Shown: piece by piece, positions 61,126-64,000 of the stretch
How the letters are laid out: each line of letters opens with the position of its first letter
How positions within the stretch are numbered: position 1 is the first letter of the stretch
IMG/VR virus record: IMGVR_UViG_3300036715_000153
Coordinates: 76,395 to 140,394 of that record
DNA from: a virus
Direction: 5' to 3' (one strand)
Length of the DNA: 64,000 nucleotides
The notes under the pieces: model-generated
Told to the model about the DNA's origin: nothing
Databases searched by the model: none
Seen by the model: only the letters and a program-made list of their open reading frames with translations
Translations under genes and position numbers: made by a program

Positions 61126-61767
61126 TTACTTCCCAGTGAGAACTGTAAACCCAGCAATGTGATTGACATATTCTACTGTTGCAGGATGTACTAGCGCATT
61201 ATCATCATTATCGGCAACGTAACAAATAATATCTTTATCGACCATGCATTTGAAGTATCCACTTGGGACCGGAATATCTTTCTTTCTGCCAATCATAATT
61301 GGTGTTTCTGAATATACAGCACCTGTAATAATATGATACGTGCCAGTCCACGTCTTGCGTACATATCCTTCAAACTGTCCCCATGCACCGCGATTCAACT
61401 TAGGTGCCTGGGGTGTCATATTAGTCATCAAGAATGTTTCTTGCATTTCGACATCATTCTCAGCATCACCTGCTGGAGCCATATGTCCACGATCATATCC
61501 AGAATTAATATAGTCGGATGGTTTAACGTAAGGAACGCGACTGTCGGCCCTAAAAATGTTAGACCTTTCTATATGTGAATTGCTAGTTTGAATCAACTCT
61601 GAACTGAATACATTACGATGCAGTCTAGCATCATATACAGCTACATATTGTCGATTACACAGTTCGATTGTATTTGGTACATCTATCTTCTTACCTTGTG
61701 GATAAAGATTGTCACAAGATGCGTATGCTGTTGATGCTACAAAAAATAATACTAAAAATTTAATCAT
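61126..61767 (-). CDS. DNA/RNA non-specific endonuclease with a signal peptide
   Basis: MIKFLVLFFVASTAYA| signal; DRGHMAPA, NMTPQ..LNRG.W..E. Confidence 0.9.
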   Translation of the reverse strand: MIKFLVLFFVASTAYASCDNLYPQGKKIDVPNTIELCNRQYVAVYDARLHRNVFSSELIQTSNSHIERSNIFRADSRVPYVKPSDYINSGYDRGHMAPAGDAENDVEMQETFLMTNMTPQAPKLNRGAWGQFEGYVRKTWTGTYHIITGAVYSETPIMIGRKKDIPVPSGYFKCMVDKDIICYVADNDDNALVHPATVEYVNHIAGFTVLTGK

Positions 61768-61819
61768 TTACTTTACTCCTTAGAATTGACTTTTAAAAAA
61801 TTTCATAGTTGATGTATCC

Positions 61820-61847
61820 ATTATACAGATATATTTGAGATTGTCAA
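61820..61847 (-). promoter_or_regulatory. Sigma70-type promoter
   Basis: TTGACA-16 bp-TATAAT. Confidence 0.7.
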
Positions 61848-61863
61848 CAACTATTTGGTGTGT

Positions 61864-62403
61864 CTACAAGCCTCTCGAATTTACTATACTTCTAACAGTT
61901 TCGAAGTCGATTGGCGTGTAGTTGGTATGTTCTACACATACATTAAGGTAACGTAAATCTTCTTCATTAGTATCTGCGTGTCTAATAATATTAGCATGTA
62001 AATGACCATGTACATTAACCCTCCATCTACCAAGACTGCTTGGATGAATTGGGATATGTGTGAGAAGCATCTTATCTAGGATATGCATGGCACGAACATC
62101 TTTAAAATGTTTTGCCAGTTGATGTAGTTTCAGATGGTCATCGTGATTGCCACGAATAAGAATCTTTGTACCATTCAATCTACCCATGAAACTATCAAAT
62201 TGAGTAACATTGACGTAGCCCATATCACCTAAGAAATATATTTTATCGTTCTTGCTGACAACTCTGTTATGGTTATCAATAAGAGTTTCGTTCATTTCTT
62301 CTATAGAAGTAAATGGACGTAATGAAGTTCCATCTTCACGCTTGAATGTGATTATGTTAGCATGTCCATAATGCTGATCACTAGTTAAGAATATATTACT
62401 CAT
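61864..62403 (-). CDS. Calcineurin-like metallophosphoesterase
   Basis: SDQHYGH, LGD, GNHD, HGHLH. Confidence 0.9.
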   Translation of the reverse strand: MSNIFLTSDQHYGHANIITFKREDGTSLRPFTSIEEMNETLIDNHNRVVSKNDKIYFLGDMGYVNVTQFDSFMGRLNGTKILIRGNHDDHLKLHQLAKHFKDVRAMHILDKMLLTHIPIHPSSLGRWRVNVHGHLHANIIRHADTNEEDLRYLNVCVEHTNYTPIDFETVRSIVNSRGL

Positions 62404-62491
62404 GCGTCTAACTCCATTGTTGGTGCATCTAACTACTCTGTCCATCATCACAATTCTTACCAAAACAAAAGCGAAAGAGTCCTACAATGAA

Positions 62492-62731
62492 CTATTTGCT
62501 AACTTGTTTATTCCAAAATTCAATAAACTTACTCCAACTGCCTTTCACATAATACATATCTGCACTTAATGATAGAACCATACCACAATGTAGTCCTTTC
62601 GAATCTGTACATCGTATTTCCATTGTTTGCCAAGCGAATCCATATGCTTCAGAACATCCACCAGAATCAATCTCAACAGGTGAGCCGCACATAGGGCAAG
62701 GATTTAATTCTGACATATATGCTCCATACAA
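62492..62731 (-). CDS. Lar-like Zn-ribbon protein
   Basis: L.PCP.CGS...C...CG...WN. Likely start MSEL at 62716. Confidence 0.65.
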   Translation of the reverse strand: MYGAYMSELNPCPMCGSPVEIDSGGCSEAYGFAWQTMEIRCTDSKGLHCGMVLSLSADMYYVKGSWSKFIEFWNKQVSK

Positions 62732-63138
62732 TATGTCTCTATGTTATTCGATTGAAGAAATTTAATACCATCAATGCTACGATAGTCATCTTTCCAAATG
62801 ACTTTATCAAATCCAGCAGCAGCAATACGACTAGCGCATCCGATGCAAGGTGCATGAGTGATATACATAGTAGCACCAAAAATGTCTATATCGTGTGAGT
62901 TAGCAAACTTGATCAGATTGTGTTCCGCGTGTATAACTTCTGGTCTAGTTACAAGTACACCGTCAACCACGCACTCACAATTATTATCTTTTGAATCTTC
63001 TGGCATACCATTAAATCCAACACAGATAATACGCTTATCGAGCACAGCAACTGCACCGACTTGTAGGCGTTTAGCACATGACAGCTGTGCAGTTATCATG
63101 GCAACATCCATGAAGTATTTGTTCCACTTTGGATTCAC
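62704..63138 (-). CDS. cd: dCMP deaminase
   Basis: S...R..VGA, G.NG, HAE, PC..C. Confidence 0.92.
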   Translation of the reverse strand: MNPKWNKYFMDVAMITAQLSCAKRLQVGAVAVLDKRIICVGFNGMPEDSKDNNCECVVDGVLVTRPEVIHAEHNLIKFANSHDIDIFGATMYITHAPCIGCASRIAAAGFDKVIWKDDYRSIDGIKFLQSNNIETYCMEHICQN

Positions 63139-63286
63139 TTCGCTTCCTTAACTGTCGGAACATCTAGCCACTCACTCCACTCTTCATAAGTAGTAAATAC
63201 CGTTTTGGTTCGCCATTGAAGTTTCTTTGATAATTTAGCCACACCCACCCCACAATATTCTTCATATTCTAACCATCGCATTTCAA

Positions 63287-63877
63287 TCATTTCATCTCCT
63301 TTGGTTGGATATAAAGTGCAACATCTGTGTCGAATGCAACATTCGGCGTGATTGTAGTAGTGCTACTCCATTTATTGCTTAGTAAGTTAATTACAGCAGG
63401 ATTCACATATCCAACAAGCCCTGCCATCCACTCAGCATCACGGGCAGCCCTTACACCATTAAGAAACTTGGTTACGGCTTGCTCGGATGGGTTAACTAAT
63501 ATTTCAACACGTAAAAAGTCTGGTTCATGGCTACATAATTCGTCTACAGCTTCATGCATCATCGCAATCTTGGCGCTGAGTTCGATAGCAGCGTTCTGAA
63601 TTTCAAACAATCTGTCTTTCAACTCTTCAATCTCAGCTTTGCCTTTTAGCATCTCGTCCTCAAAATAATTGGCAGCCAGCCCCTCTTCTTTCAATTTTTC
63701 TAAGCATTCAGCGTCTTTGATCTTAGCGCAGGCAAGCCATGCTTGATCGGCAAAAAACATAGAATGTTCTGATACTAGAACTGGTAATTTAACTTCACCG
63801 CTAATCCACCACGTCTCAAATTGCTCTCTCAATTCATCTTCGCTCATTTCAATCTCCAATGACTTGCGTAAACCCAT
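63287..63877 (-). CDS. Hypothetical protein
   Basis: LREQFE.W...AW.A pattern of phage accessory proteins. Likely start 63847. Confidence 0.6.
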   Translation of the reverse strand: MGLRKSLEIEMSEDELREQFETWWISGEVKLPVLVSEHSMFFADQAWLACAKIKDAECLEKLKEEGLAANYFEDEMLKGKAEIEELKDRLFEIQNAAIELSAKIAMMHEAVDELCSHEPDFLRVEILVNPSEQAVTKFLNGVRAARDAEWMAGLVGYVNPAVINLLSNKWSSTTTITPNVAFDTDVALYIQPKEMK

Positions 63878-64000
63878 AACGGCTTTGTTGTAATAGGAAA
63901 CTTGTAGTGCGGTCCTATGTAACCAAACAACTTAGGCTTAACTGTAGGTCTGGTGTGTTTCGACCAGTTGAGAGTTAGGTATGTCAACTCACCCAGTGAC

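Overview
This 64-kb window is part of a large T4-like myovirus genome; IHF-consensus sites and sigma70-type promoters suggest a proteobacterial host. From left to right it holds: (1) packaging, neck and baseplate genes (gp17/16/15/14/13, a VrlC/DUF4815-type protein spread over three ORFs, gp8/7/6/25); (2) nucleotide metabolism (thyX, dimeric dUTPase, nrdB/nrdA); (3) gp33/59/32; (4) a tail/baseplate block (gp26-51, tape measure, gp54, gp2, gp4, gp48, gp53, gp27, gp5) and an M15 endolysin; (5) a late-type cluster of enzymes with T4-like capsid-targeting N-termini; (6) primase, regA, gp62/44/45 and a ClpP-like protease; (7) an accessory region with a PAAR/second spike module and a six-gene hexapeptide-repeat array. 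Most notable: two genes are fractured by atypically split inteins. The large terminase has a 38-aa IntN, and the gap before its IntC holds a non-autonomous IS200/IS605 element with intact tnpB and a tnpA remnant. An AAA+ ATPase is split inside Walker A with only a 14-aa IntN. That ATPase ends a predicted virion-packaged cassette of two Pol-beta-type nucleotidyltransferases (one fused to an HxGH-type domain), a HAD phosphatase and a nuclease-like protein. Other signals: a start-less gp51 reached by a probable -1 frameshift, two tiny scars of the same IS, and a variant late-promoter motif (A/C/G)CTAAAT(T/A). All calls come from motif recognition by eye; no searches were run.
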